Positions 24,780 to 37,825 of a stretch of DNA of 63,683 bases are shown here, piece after piece. Source of the DNA: Chiloscyllium plagiosum (lineage: Eukaryota). Below the pieces are notes generated by a model. It searched no databases. It was not told the origin of the DNA and saw only the letters and a list, made by a program, of their open reading frames with translations. The stretch lies in NCBI RefSeq assembly GCF_004010195.1, contig NC_057758.1, positions 3,835,428 to 3,899,110 on the forward strand. Direction: 5' to 3'. Position 1 is the stretch's first letter. Each line of letters opens with the position of its first letter. A program made the translations under genes and the position numbers.

Positions 24780-25975
24780 GAAATGAAACTGCGCCACGTA
24801 TTGAAATCGATTGAGATCCACAATAAAGGAGAAACAACAGCACCAGAAGCGATGAAACTCTCAAAAGTAACAGGAACCGTGCTAAATCTCCAAATGTTTT
24901 TCGTGAAACGTCAAAAGTACTCAACAATGTCACTTGTCAAATTCAACTTCTCCTCCTGGAGCCTGCCGCTGGACAGAAATCATTGAGGTCTGAGAAAAAG
25001 TCTCACAGTTGACCACATCCCTGGGGAGTGAGTGATATCACCTTGCTTTTGTCGCTGCATGGTGACATCAAACATAGTAAAATGGAGCATTTACGTCTGT
25101 GCAAACCACACATAATCTTCACATTGTGAAGGACGGCATGGTCTCTTCAAGGTGGCACATTGATTCGTTCACCAGAATGGTTCAGACCTGAAGTGTTTGC
25201 ATTTGAAGGAAGAACTGGAGTTGAAGTGATTGTGCACAGGCTGTCAGGACAAATGATGTGGTTCGGTCAGGTAGATATGAACAAGATGTTCCATCCATCT
25301 GTCAGAGGATGATACAAATTTAAGATTTAATGCAAAATTGACCGGGAAGATGTGATGGAGAAATTATGAACAGTACATGGTAATGCGTTAGATGTCAACA
25401 CTTTCTCTGAAAGGCCAATAATGTCCAGTACCTGAAGAAACCACCGATTGTGTCAAATTCATGTTTAATGTTTGTCCAGAGATTCCTGTCCGTGAAACCA
25501 TTTCAAATATTCTGGAAAAAGAAGTTTAGAGCAGACACTCTCTGTTAAGGTTTGAACTCAGACAGTTTATTCGTTTTACTTGAATTGCCTGTGTGCATGT
25601 GCGCCATTCAAAGCCCCAGCGAAAGAAATTTCAATAATCTGTCGTTATCAGTCCAAGATCGCAAAAAGGAATATAATTTGTAAATGATAACATTACTTCT
25701 TTGCCCATCAACGTTGCCATTCTAACTGAATTTCTCCAGAATATTCTATTTCACCTTCGAAAATTATAATGGCACTTTATTTCTGGCCCAGGATACACGT
25801 GTGGCCCCTGCTGTCCGCTGCTACTCAATTTGATTGGCAGCCTATCGATTCAATGGTGACATTGAAAAAGCATCGTGAACAATTGCCCTGGGTCTTCATG
25901 TGACTCACCATAGCTAAAAACATTGGGACATAGTCGGCAGGTTAACCCTTGAGATATTCGGGTCTGAGAGACAGA
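24780..25975 (-). pseudogene. Degenerate IgSF receptor (leader - V - C1-like - TM with Arg), copy 1
   Basis: Leader-like exon ending G|GTGAGT at 25909; V remnant ~25400-25616 (C...KWF...MNLTQSVVSSGTGHYW); C1-like remnant ~25042-25185 (HLEET) ending AAG|GTGATA; TM-like segment from 24902: KTFGDLARFLLLLRVSSLLVLLFLLYC. Confidence 0.45.
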
Positions 25976-26299
25976 ATCTGCTTCCTTTTCTTTCCATGTC
26001 TGCTGACGCACTGCCTCATCAATTAAGACACGAGCTGTGAAAGGTTAATGCAACTTCAGGCGCAACTCGGCTCCTTTCTGAATAAATTGCAGCACGCTCA
26101 GCCCAGTCCTACCAAATAATGCTTCTGATAAAGTCAACATACACACATGACCCTCCACCACTGTCACGCACACAATAAATTTTTTCCAATAAATATGGTT
26201 GGCAGAGGAGCCTGGAGCCGTCATCCCATTTGGTGCAAACAGGAGCCTTGCACAAGAATGTCATGAAGTCTTCCCATATACCGGCTGGATCTACTGCAC

Positions 26300-29200
26300 T
26301 AAGGACAAAAAGAGCAAAGAAACTTTCAGCAAAGGAACCGGCTTTCTCGCCCTCGAAGCCTCAGCTGATCCAAATGCTATATGTACATATGATGCCTATT
26401 TTCTGGGCGTCTGTATCACTTGACACCCTGCCGATTCATGTATCTATCCAGATACATCTGAAACGAATCTATCGTGTCCGACGCTACAACCTCTACTGGC
26501 AACGCGTTCCAGGCACCCACAACTCTCTTTCTAAAAGAATCTCCTGGCATATCTCCCCCGAATATTTATCCTCTCACATTGATCTCATCACTCCTAGTAA
26601 TTAAGTCCCCAATTCTGTGAAAAAAGCACTCTTGTTATCTACGCTGTTTATACCTCTCATGAATTTGTAGACCTCAATCAAGTCCCCTACAAACTCCGTC
26701 TTTCTCATGCAATAATCTTAACCTATTCAACCTCAATTCATCGCTAGCGCCTTCTATACCATGAAACAGCCTGGTGCACATCATCTGCACCCTCTCCAAA
26801 ACATCCACATCCTTTTGTTAACGTGGCGACCAGAACTGTACTGAGCATCCCATATAGGGCCAAACCAAAGTACTATACAACTCTAATATGGCCTGCCATC
26901 TCTTGGACTAAATAAACTGTCCGATGAAGGAAAGCTTGCTTGACACATCTATCCAATATCATTGCAACATTCAGGGAACAAAGGCCCTGAACACCTAGAT
27001 CTCGCTGCGCATCTGTTTACCCCAGGAGATTTCCATTCAATGTATCGTTCGCTATTAAATTGGAGCTTGCAAATTGCATCAACTCGCATATGCCCAGATT
27101 GAACTCCATCTGCCATTTCTCTGCCCAACTCCCCACTCTATTGTGCTCTGTTCTCTGACAGTTCGCTTCACTCTCTGCTCCTCCACCTGCAAATTCCATC
27201 AGCTCCTCCACCTAGTATCATCTGAAAACAGTATAATCTGAGTACCTGTACCTTCCTCCACCTAACGCATGTATATGATAAACAATAGTTGCACCAGCAC
27301 GGATACTTATGGAACACCACGAGTCACAGGCCTCTATATGGAAAAACACATTTTCACTACTACCCTCTGTCTCCTATGCTCTGTCAGCTCTTTATCCATC
27401 CAGCTAGTACACCCTGGACCCCATGTGACTTCACTTTCTCCATCAGTCTACCATAAGAATCATTAACATTCACTTTACTGAAGTCCATTTATGTGGCATC
27501 TACAGCCTCTCCTTCATCAATCAACTTGTCACTTCCTCAGAGAATCAATTAACTCGATAAGACATGGAAATCCCTGCACAACACCATGTTATCTATCATT
27601 GATCAGCCCATTTTCTTCCAATTGTAAACAGGTCCTATCACTCATTATCTTCTTCAGCAGCGTCCCTACCAATGACGTCAGACTCACCAATCTATAACTA
27701 CTGGCATTAACTGTGCTACCGTTGTTAAACAAGGGGACTGCATGAGCACTTCTTCTGTACTCTGGGCCCTCACCCCTGTTCAAGGACCTGAAAATAACGC
27801 TGTTAAGGCTCCACCTGCTCTTTCTCTCGCTACCCTGAATAACCTGAGGTATATCCCACCCGAACCTTGGGATTTTGTCACCTTAATGATTTTTAGAGTA
27901 CCTGACACTTCCTTCCACTTAATTCCAAATTGACCAGAGTAATCAAGCAGCTATATCTCAACTCAACGTCCATCATGTCGCTCTCCCCGGTGAATATCAA
28001 GAAGAATCTCACCTATTTTCCCGGGCTCGGTGGATATATTTCCTCATGTGCTCTTGAGTGGGCCAATTGTTTCTCCCGTTACACTCTTGCTCCCAGAACA
28101 TAGATAAAAGGCTTTTGGTTTTTCCTTAAATGCGTTTACAAAAGATATCTCATCACACCTTTCAGCCCCCTTAATTCCTTCTTTCTCTGTGCTCCTATAT
28201 TCCCACTGTTCTTACAAAGCTCCGTCTGTCTTCAGTCGCTGAAACCGTTTGTATGCTTCCTTTTTCGTCTCAGATAGTCTCACAATTTTATCTGTCATCC
28301 ATGGTTCCTTAATCTTGCCATTTTTAACCCTCAGTTTTACAGGAACATGTCTCTCCTACATTCTAATCAGCCTTTCCTTCAACGCCTCCCACATATCAAA
28401 TGTGAATTTACCTTCAGACAGCTGCGCCCAAACTACATTCCCGATAGCATGTCGAATTTTGGGATCATTGGCCTTCCCCCAATTTAGTACTCTTCCTTTA
28501 CGAAAACTCTTGTCTTTGTCCATGAGTATTATAATACTTATAGAATCGTGATCACTATTTCCAAATTATCCTCGACTGAAAAGTCAACCACCTGACCAGG
28601 CTCATTCCTCAATACCAGGTCCAGTATGCCCCCTTCCTGTATTGGACTATTTACATGTTTCTCTGCAAAAATCTTCCTCGATGCTCCTGACTTATTTTGC
28701 TCCATCTGAACCTGTTGGACGAAGTGAATCAAATTCAATATTGGGAAAATTAAAATCTCCGATCACCACCACCCTGTTGCTCCTACATCTTCCCATAATC
28801 TGTTTTCAGATTTGTACCTCTATGTCACGTTCTCTGTTGCAAGGACTCTATCACATCCCCAACATTATGACCGCACTCTTCCTATTTCTGAGCTCTGACC
28901 ATATTGCCTCACTTTTCGAGGCGGCAATAGTGTTTCTTTCATCAACCAAATTTCAACAATAACATCATACTGCCAAGGACTAATCCATGTCCTAAACTTA
29001 TCTGCCTTGCCTACTGCACGTGTTGCATTAAAACAAATGCACTTCAGACCACCAGTTTCTTTGCATACATCATCTGCTCCCTGCCTAATATTCTACTTAA
29101 TACGCTGATTCCATTATCTCTTTTGACAGATTAAAGTTACTATGTCGTTACACTCCACGAACCTTCTAATTTGGTTCCCATCCCCCAACGGCGTTAGCAA

Positions 29201-30605
29201 AAGCACCCCCATGACATTGGTACCAGTCCGGCTTGGTATAAATCATTCAAATTGTAAACTTCCCAGTTCCAGCGGAGCAGTTTCCGACGTCAGAAAAATC
29301 TGAAGCACTCCCCCCTCACTTCCTCTGCCTTCCCTCAAAACACACATTCGTGCTGCTTATTCATTCATTTCTACTCGGGCGAATGAATGGCATTGTTCGA
29401 AATCCTGTGTTTACTCCCTTTGAAATAATATTTTTTGTGAACTTGGCTTATTTCCGAAATTTTGCTTCCAGGGCATTATCCCGGTTTTTACCAATATCAT
29501 TGGTACTTACATGCAGCGCAACAACTGACTGTTCACCACCCTTTCCTTCAGAATGTTTTGCAGCCAAGGTGAGATATTCTGACCCATGCATCTGGAGGCA
29601 ACATACCACCTGGGAGTCTCTTTTTCGACCACAGAACTATCTATTCACCTTCCATCCAAATCACAATCACTAGAGTCCATCCCCTCTCTTTCGCGCCTTT
29701 CTAAACAGAAGATCCAGCAACTTCGCGTTGAAACTGGCGACTGCAACCTTCCCCTGGTGAGCGATCTCCCCTTGCAGTCTCGTAAACGATATGATTGTTT
29801 TGGAGAGAAAAAAATGCAGGGGATATCTGCACTCCCTTTCTTCTCTTTCTCTGCCTTACGGCCACCCATTCCCCTTCTCCCTCAGCAATTCTAATCTGTG
29901 GTGTGACCAGTTCAATAAATGTTCTATCCACGAAACCCTCAGCATTGCGAATGCTCCAAAATGAGTCCATCTTCAGCTCCAGAGCCATGGTGCGGCCTAA
30001 CAAGAGCTCCAGCTGGGCACACCTGCTGCTCGTGAGGTTGTCAGGGACACCAGCTGTGTCCCTGAGCTCCCATACTGAGCACGGGTCTGTGGTCTCCTGC
30101 AATTTTTAATCTTAACTTTAATTTGGTCTTAACTTAGTTAAACAAAACAAAAGGAACGAAACGTTTTCTTTTTCACCAATCATACGATTTTTAAAAAGAA
30201 ATAGAAAAAAGCATTGCCATATCAGCAGACCACCGAGCCCTTTTTTTGGCTGGCGGTGGAGGGCAGGTGGGAGATACTACATGCCCAGTGTCTCGGGTTC
30301 AGCTGCTGCCCAAATCTTTTTATTTACCCATCTTCCCAGTGTGAAATTCGACCACTCCTACTCAGCTCCTCGCTCTCACCGCCGTGTCCGCTGTTGCAAA
30401 TGAAGGCTGCTGGGACTAGCGGTGAAGCCCTTATAATTTGGGAAATGTATCATTCCGTCAGCTCCCGATCCTCACTCTCCTTCACTCCTCCGGAAAAATG
30501 AAGTCCGCTGACTCTCACGTTAAGGCAATTTTGGTGAGAATGTTTACTTACTCGGCAGCCCCCGGCCCTTTCTTTCTCTTGCTCCTCTGGAAAAATAAAA
30601 CCTGT
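26300..30605 (-). mobile_element. Near full-length decayed CR1 LINE (5' UTR, ORF1, ORF2, 3' tail)
   Basis: ORF1 CSVWELRDTAGVPD...RCAQLELL...VTPQ (29701-30102); ORF2 from ~29045 (KCICFNA) through SYRLVSLTS and WAEKWQMEFN to the 3' tail near 26300. Confidence 0.85.
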
Positions 30606-30894
30606 GATGCACTTCATTTTTACCATTTGCAGATTCAAAAAGACCCCTCTGCCCACTGTCGTCACTCACTTCGCGCACATTACATTTCGCATTCCATATT
30701 GAATTCGTGTAGATCACTGTAAAATGTGGATAGTGGACGTTCAGAAGCGGACTGTCTACTGGGTATGTTAGCCGCGATATATCTATTTACTTACCTCCGA
30801 ATTTCTTGTTTTATCTGATGTTTCTCTTCAGGCGCTGCCTTGCGAGGAATTGATGGCCTCTTGGTATTATCACTAAGTATTAACCTAAACATGT

Positions 30895-31130
30895 AGGCAA
30901 GTTACGTTCGAGTCCTATTGCAACAGAGTTTGCCATTTCAATTCAACAGAAGTCAATATTGATGTTCTGGTAAATGCATCTAATTAACTAATGTTCTTTC
31001 GGGCAGGGGGTTTGTCAACTTTACATGTATATGACGATTCCAGGTTTACCGGAATGTGGTTGACTTTGGGTATTTACAGCATGGACAATAAATGCTGGAC
31101 TAGCGAGCACTATCCACATTCTGTAAGTGA
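30895..31130 (+). mobile_element. Old SINE 3' fragment (DeuSINE/SacSINE-like)
   Basis: actaatgttcttt...aatgtggttgact...caataaatgctggactagc resembles the shark DeuSINE 3' region as recalled; also at ~48300-48530. Confidence 0.5.
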
Positions 31131-32423
31131 TCACATTTTTAAAACCCTCTGTCAAAGCAATTTCTCGTCCTGAGAAAACCCAATGCACATTAGAGTGTCT
31201 TGCGTCGCCAAAGCGCCATGAGACGAAGAGCAATAATTTGGTGGATCGTTACTTCGATAATCTGCAGCCTCTGATGTTGTTTACCCTCCTTCAGACATTA
31301 ACGTTCGAATATATTCTGTTCTTGCATAAGTTTAAAATGGCAGAAACATTCCTCTTCTTTCTCAGTGTCTCCAGTTAACACTCTCATAAAAAAGTACTTG
31401 AATAATATGCTTAAAACTTCCACATTTATATTTATATCAGAAGTATGAAGTAGAATCCACAAAATGTCTTCAGGATATATTCAGTCGACAATACAAAGCA
31501 AACACGGGAAGGGATTAGCAGTTCTAGTCGTTATTTTACTTTTGGAACGAAGATGATCTGCTGCAACATGCTTTTTTCTTGCTGGCAGTTACCTCTTTGA
31601 TTCTGAACAATGTCTGCCGGATGTCCCGCAATGCTGCCCTTGCTCTGTTTCTTCACGTTTGAGCCATCCCAGCGTTCCATTTGTCATCTCTTTCCTTACC
31701 AGCAGGGTCAATTCTCAAAGAATCGCTTCCCGCTAATCTGCTCCAAGAAAAATAAGTCCCTTCCCATCAAGAGTCTAAAAGTACATGTCCCACACAACAC
31801 CTGATCCATGCCTTTAATATTCCCATATCTCATTTTTATATTTTAAAAATATCAATATGAATCTCTTCATCAGCTTATTTTATATGTTGTCTTACAAAAT
31901 CTAAACATTTCTTATATTCCTCTTCGTTTTTTCACTGTCCAAGGCTACAAGAATCCCTGGTATTGTTTTATTTATAACTTAGAATAAGCTAATTTACTTT
32001 AGAATAAGCTAATTTACTTTATTTCATACTTGCAATGCAGTATCCACTTCACCGGGGAGACAAGCACAGATTGTGTGACGCTTTTGCAGAACACAGCTAC
32101 TTAATTGCTGCAGCAACTGTAGCTTTGTTTTCTCTCCTTCACGTGGCTGAGCATTTCCCAGATTTTTTTTAAAATTTCGAATTAACACGCCTTGTCGTGT
32201 TTGATTTTTATTCAGTAGATGTCACATAGGAAAATGCAGAAAAGAGAATGCCAGATTACCCTGTTGTGATTCTGTTAGACACGATTAAAATATTTGAAAG
32301 AGAAAATGCAGGGAGAAGCAAAACGAAACCCATCGAACAGAACTAACTTGACTTCGGTAAATTAAACAGCGTGAAAACATTGTGCTTAAAACAAGGAAGA
32401 GCTGTACTCTGTTAACTGGCATC

Positions 32424-32632
32424 GGTTCAGCTTAGTTGGTTGGGTTGTTGGTTTACAACGCAGTGTGATACCAACAACACAGATTTAATTCCCTCCCCAA
32501 TTTGTGGTTGCCATGAAAGTATCTCCTTCCCGTCTTCTTTCCTCGACTGAGGTCTGTTGGCCCTCAGGTTAGATCACCACCAGTGGCTTCAATCGAATGA
32601 GGGAGCAGCCCCTATGTTTTGGTAAGACTGTG
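32424..32632 (+). mobile_element. Old tRNA-derived SINE
   Basis: A-box-like cagcttagttgg and B-box-like gatt(c)aattcc; body ccctcaggttagatcaccaccag; paralog ~49782-49990. Confidence 0.55.
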
Positions 32633-33234
32633 TGGACAAAGCAACAGCTCTATCAATGGCAGCAACCCCAACGACTATAATTCTGCAAGCGCTCACATAA
32701 ATCTTACTCCATACTGAAAAATACCCAATTACTGTTATGGCCTATTTCCTGTTGGTTTCCAAATTCAGTGAGATTTCTTATCTTTCCCGTCATGAATATT
32801 GAAACCAGATTCATAGCAGGACACACTTCCAAATATTGCATTCAGATTTCAGCTCAAGAAATTTCGTTCACTGCAGCTGCTGTTTGAATAAGTTTATCAT
32901 CTTATCGTTCTGTTCACAGTTAAAACTGTTGAAATATTACCTATTTCAAAGGTTGCTCAAGCTTAGATAGCGTGAAAAGCCATGATGGGCACTGAGCATG
33001 ATTGTGGAATTCATGTATAGGAGAATCAGGAAGATCAGCACCATCTGCCATTTACAATGCCATGTGTAAGCTGATCACTTTCTGTTTTACATTTCCACTC
33101 CTCGCTTTCCAATAAAGCTTGAATGCATCAGTCTGCATTTACAGCAAGTAGTTAATTGATCCGATGACTGGATATGGAAAGGGATCTCGAGTTAAGTACA
33201 GAAGACGTAATAGAATCAGAGAGTGGATAAAATG

Positions 33235-35180
33235 CCATAGAACATGGAATGTTACAACGCAATGCAGGCTATTTGGCACTCGATGTTGTGCTGATCTGTG
33301 AAACCAATTTAAAGCCCGTCTCGCTAACATTATTCAATTTTCATACGTATGTTCGTCCAATAACCATGTAAGTGTCCTTAAAGTTGGCAAGTCTATTACT
33401 GTTGCAGACAGGGCATTACACGACCCTACTACTCTCTGAGTAAACAACTATGTCTGACATCTGTCCCATATCAATCACTCCTAAATTTAAAGCTACGCCC
33501 CCTCGTGGTAGGCATCAATAAGTGAGCAAAAAGACTCTCACTGACCACACGATCTAACTCTCTGATTATCATATGTATTTTAATTAAGTCATCTCACAAA
33601 CCTCTTCTTTGTCTTAAGTCCCTCAGCGTTTCCTCATAAGTCCTTCCCTGCATACCAGGCAGCATCCGAGTAAATCTCTTCTGAAAGCTCTCAATCGCTT
33701 GCACATCGTTGCCTTCAATGTGGTGAACAGACCTGAGTACGCAATCCACAAAATTCCAAGCGCAACAGCATCAGAGATTTGAACAGTTGCATCATGAACT
33801 CATGGCTCCGAAGTTCAATTCCTCTTCGAATAAAAATTACAACACCATATGCCGTCCTAACAACACTATCAACCTCGGTGGCAACTTTCAGGAACATATG
33901 GACATGAGCAGCGAGATCTCTTTGCTAATCCACACTACCAATAAATATACCATTAGCTCAGGACTCTGTATTCCTCTTTCTCCTTTCAAAGAGAACCACT
34001 TCACACGTTTCCGCATTGAACTCCATTTGCCATCTCACTACCCAACTCTGCAGCTTATCTATGTCCCTCTGTAACCTATAACATCCTTCAGCACGATCCA
34101 CAATTCCACCAAACTTACTATCTTCCGCAAATTTACTAACTCATCCTTCTCCGCCCTCATCCAGCTAATTTAAAAAATTCACAAACAGCAGTGAGCCCAA
34201 AACTGATCATTGAGATGCACCATTATTACGTGAACTCCGGGTTGAGCATTTCCGATTAACCACCACTATCCTCTTTCTTTCAGCTCGTCAATTTATGATC
34301 TCGCCGATAAATCACCCTCAATGCCATGCCTCCGTATTATCTGCAATAGCCGAGCGTGGGGCAACTTATCAAACGCCTTACTGAAATCCAGATGCGCCAC
34401 CACAACCGCTTTTGAACTCATCCACCTGTTTGGTCACATTCTCAAAGAGTTCAATCATTTTGGTGAAGCAAGAGCTAACCTTCACAAAACCGTCTTGGCT
34501 ACCCCTATTCGAATTATTTCTTTCTAGATTATTACAAATAATATCTCTTACAACCTTTTCCAACACTATACCAAAACTGAATTAAGGCGCAATGGTCTTT
34601 AATAACTGGAATTATCTTTAGTCCCCTTCTTGTGATAGGGGACAACATTTGTTATCCTCCAATCTCCTGGCATTATTCCTGCAGACAATGACGACATAAA
34701 GATCAAAGGCTCTGCTATCTACTCCCGGGCAAGCCAGGAAGACTTCCAGTGTAAATCCCATCCAGCACTGGGGACTTACCTATTTCCACACCTTCCAGAA
34801 ATGCTATCTCCACGTTTTAATGAATCAGAATCCGATATAGTCTTGTAGCCCATATTTGAGTATGCACCTCGACAACATTATGTTTTTGCAATTTGAATAC
34901 TTACGAAAACTACTCATTTAGCGCTTCCTCTGTCTGTTCATAGATCATGCATAACTTCCCACAACACTTCTTGTTTGGACCTAATCCTTCTCTACTTATT
35001 CTTTTATTCCTGATACAAGAAAGCTTGAGTGTTTTCCTGGATCATATCTGCCGCTCAATTTTCATTTCTCTTCTTGTCTCTTCTTGGCGCTGTATTTAGG
35101 TCATTCCTGGCTACGTTTTAAGTCACAAGCGCCCTAACTGAACGTTCACCTCTCATTCTAACATAAGCCTTCTTCTTCCT
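33235..35180 (-). mobile_element. CR1 ORF2 3' part
   Basis: LEKVVRD...SQDGFVKVSSCFTKMIELFE, LKVATEVDSVVRTAYG; 3' tail at 33235; paralog ~50610-52400. Confidence 0.8.
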
Positions 35181-35405
35181 CTGCATCACTGTTAATGAAA
35201 TAAGAGTGTTGTTCATGACAAAATATTTTAATATATGAACACGATTATGACCCTCGTGGCGGCCTGGTATTACTTTATAAGTTTCTTGAGAAAATATTTG
35301 TTTGTCGGCACCCTGCAACAATATATAAGTCAGGAGAATCTGAATTGGATTTTTGTCTCGCTGTATTGTTGTTCCAAGCAATGAAAGCAGTATTGTAGCG
35401 GTAGC

Positions 35406-35605
35406 AACAGAGGCACAAATTGTTGGAAAAACTCATCAGCTTCGACAACATCTGTGGAGAGAATTCAGACTTAATATTTCGGAAACGAGTGAAATTTCCT
35501 CAGACTGTTAACTCTGTTATCTCTCCACATGTGGCCCCAGACCTGCTCAGATTTTCCACCATTTTCTCTTTTTGTTTCTGATTTTCAGAATCTGCAGTTC
35601 TTTCA
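35406..35605. mobile_element. Older inverted-arm Penelope-derived mini-element
   Basis: Imperfect inverted arms (tgttggaaaaactca..tgtggagaga / tctctccaca..ctgctcagattttccacca), decayed minus-strand ctgagga...cgaaa motif, tail ctgattttcagaatctgcagt like that of 10723-10941; paralog ~52640-52845. Confidence 0.6.
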
Positions 35606-35690
35606 GTTTAATTTCTCATGTAACTGTAGTGGCAGCAATGTCCCCAATGTTATAAGTGGGTCAGAGTGAGAGCTGCAAACGGGACCTGTG

Positions 35691-35699
35691 ACAGGAAGT
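35691..35699 (+). promoter_or_regulatory. ETS-type site upstream of the IgSF leader exon
   Basis: ACAGGAAGT about 75 nt upstream of the ATG; also present in copy 2 (52925-52933). Confidence 0.35.
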
Positions 35700-35772
35700 A
35701 CTGTATACACAAAGCTCAATTAATTTCACGGTGGTTCTGAGCTCTGCTTATAGCTCAAGGAGCTGAAAGAAG

Positions 35773-35848
35773 ATGGTTACACCTTAAGGCCCGTGACTAC
35801 CTGGCATCAGCTCACTGTTGTTGATTGTTGATGACTTGATTTATTGTG
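35773..35848 (+). pseudogene. Signal-peptide exon of V-V IgSF receptor pseudogene, copy 1
   Basis: gaagATGG; MVTP*GP*LPGISSLLLIVDDLIYC-G; 76 nt, phase 1; donor altered here (GCTAAAG) but GTAAA in copy 2; joins in frame to GT AAC CTA at 36267. Confidence 0.65.
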
Positions 35849-36266
35849 GCTAAAGACCAATAGATTGGAGGTGGCTGGAATTAATAGAATAATCAAATCT
35901 TCAAGCATGGAATGAGGTTTTCCACGTTTTCTGTATGAATATCTTTGAAAGTGTTGTCTAATTATTACTTCACCATCTGCAACCTCGGACCGAATCAATA
36001 CACTGTCAATAGTAACCCAATGTTTCTGATAATACCGATGGCTGTTTTGGAGAGGAACATGATGGAATATATTTATTTATATTGAAACATCAAGGATGAG
36101 AAGAACAATATTGCAAACTTTTTAATTGGACTTGATGGAATTAGCCATAAGACAAAATTTCATTAGAAACAGTTGAATGCTTGGTTATTGGTCGTCAGTT
36201 AAAGAAATGAACTGGTTTCGTGCGATCCCACGTAACCACTTTTTTTTTGTTTTGCTACATTCAGAG

Positions 36267-36598
36267 GTAACCTATCAGTAGCTCAGTCTCCAATGTCATT
36301 ATCTATTTTAGAAAAGACTTCCGTGTTTGAGAGTGTAAATATATGGTTTTGCATGGCGACACCATGAAATTGTACCGACAAAAAAGCGGGACAGACCATA
36401 AGCCAGATCATAACCAAATCTGTATGACTGGGATAAAGATGGAAGCGCCCGCTGATAATTCTACAATGTCGATTTATCTCGTTGTGAGCACCCTGAATGT
36501 GTCGGACGGGATGATCGATAACTGCACAACGAGGCATTCATCATTTCGATGTCAAGAAACCGCAGGAAACATCTCCATGGGTGTTTGAATCTGTCGAC
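36267..36598 (+). pseudogene. IgV (VJ-type) domain exon 1
   Basis: After a long polypyrimidine tract: GNLSVAQSPMSLSILEKTSV [fs] ECKY...MK(W>L)YRQKSG...SIYLVVSTLNVSDGMIDNC...TAGNISM; Cys at 36334 and 36523; decayed phase-1 donor c|ATGAGT. Confidence 0.75.
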
Positions 36599-36841
36599 AT
36601 GAGTCATTTCATTAGAACTGCGAGTTTTTAAGAGGGGCCAACTGTCCAAAAAGACATATAGTCATTTGTGATCTTCATGACATGTCTGTGCAGTGCACAG
36701 AAGTAGATGCCCAACTCTCACACTCGAACATCAGTAACACATAGAGTGCCAAGTGTTGGAGCTAAAATGAATGATGCGTTCCCCAGGTGATGTATGGTCC
36801 AGTAAATGTATTGTAATTATCAATGTGGGATTTCTCCTGAG

Positions 36842-37119
36842 GAACAGATCGATTATTCTAGTCTCCTTCGGTAACAAACGGTTGCTTTGGAGAATTTCAT
36901 ACCACTTCACTGCCAGTGGCAGTTTGGAAGTCTTAGCTATCCAGAAAACTCATAAACCGCAAGAAAAGGTAAAATCTCCACAGACTGACGAAACCCAACG
37001 GCTGCTTTCTCATTATATAGAGACGTTTTCCTGTTTTTGAACCCGAGACTCAGAGAAGGAGAGTCCTTAATGGTAGGCTCAGCCAGAGCAAGAATAGAAA
37101 CCATGCTTTTGTCATCACT
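36842..37119 (+). pseudogene. IgV domain exon 2 (more degenerate)
   Basis: Acceptor tttctcctgag|; xTDRLF*SPSVT [fs] VALENFIPLHCQW ... TRDS ... ARIETML, resembling a G.GT.L strand. Confidence 0.5.
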
Positions 37120-37164
37120 GTATATCATAAATGATACACCCGGCTAAATGAACTAACCATAAGA

Positions 37165-37825
37165 GCATCTGACCAGAAGACATAGGAGTGGAAGTAAGGC
37201 CATTCCGCTCATCGAGTCGACTGTGTCATTCAATCATGGCTGATGGGCATTTCAACGATACTTACCTGCACTCTCCCCATAGCCCTTAATTCCTTGTGAG
37301 ATCAAGAATTGAAGATGTTTAAATTCCTGGCGTCCAATTGCACTTCCTGGCAATAAATGCCACAGGTCCACAACTCTCTGGCTGTCGAAATATTTCCTCA
37401 TTTCCACAGCTGTGCCCAGAGGTCCTGTAACCCCAACTACCGGAGCAGATTCCCAGCGTTCGCACGTCCTTAGCCACGTAGCATCTTTTGTAAGTTTCTA
37501 TTAGATCTCCCCTCGACTTCACTACACTAAATACAACGCCAGGATGCTAAACCGTTCATCGTACGTTGAGCCGACCATTCTATGGATCATCTGTGTGAAT
37601 CTCCACTGGACATGCTCTATTATTAGTATTTCCTTCCTGAGGTATAGGGCCTAGACTTGGACACAGTATTGTTCATGGTGCCTAACTGGAGCTTTATAAA
37701 ATCTCAGTGGCACATCGCTGCTTTTACATTCGAATCCTCTTGAAATAAACAACAGCATTATATATTTTTTTTTATAACTTCAACCAGCAAGTCAACAATT
37801 TGAAAATCCTGGACTAGAACTCCCA
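37165..37825 (-). mobile_element. CR1 3' fragment inserted in the IgSF pseudogene
   Basis: SRGDLIETYK; typical CR1 3' end near 37170-37260. Confidence 0.75.

Larger units (their letters stand above)
20423..36175. repeat. Large tandem segmental unit B, copy 1
   Basis: 22982-36175 aligns to 40271-55667, and 20423-27853 aligns to 56168-63576. Confidence 0.95.

Noticed and set aside
25031..25070. AGTGATATCA/GGTGACATCA as TCR V-beta-like promoter decamers
   Set aside because: No leader follows them; they overlap the putative C1 exon end and donor site.
31978..32020. 20-bp direct repeat as a CRISPR-like or regulatory array
   Set aside because: Simple two-copy slippage duplication without spacers, in vertebrate DNA.
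36526..36575. Recombination signal sequence after the V exon (rearranging V segment)
   Set aside because: No CACAGTG heptamer or properly spaced nonamer, and the frame continues into a J-like strand. Other CACAGTG/CACTGTG hits I found lack nonamers.
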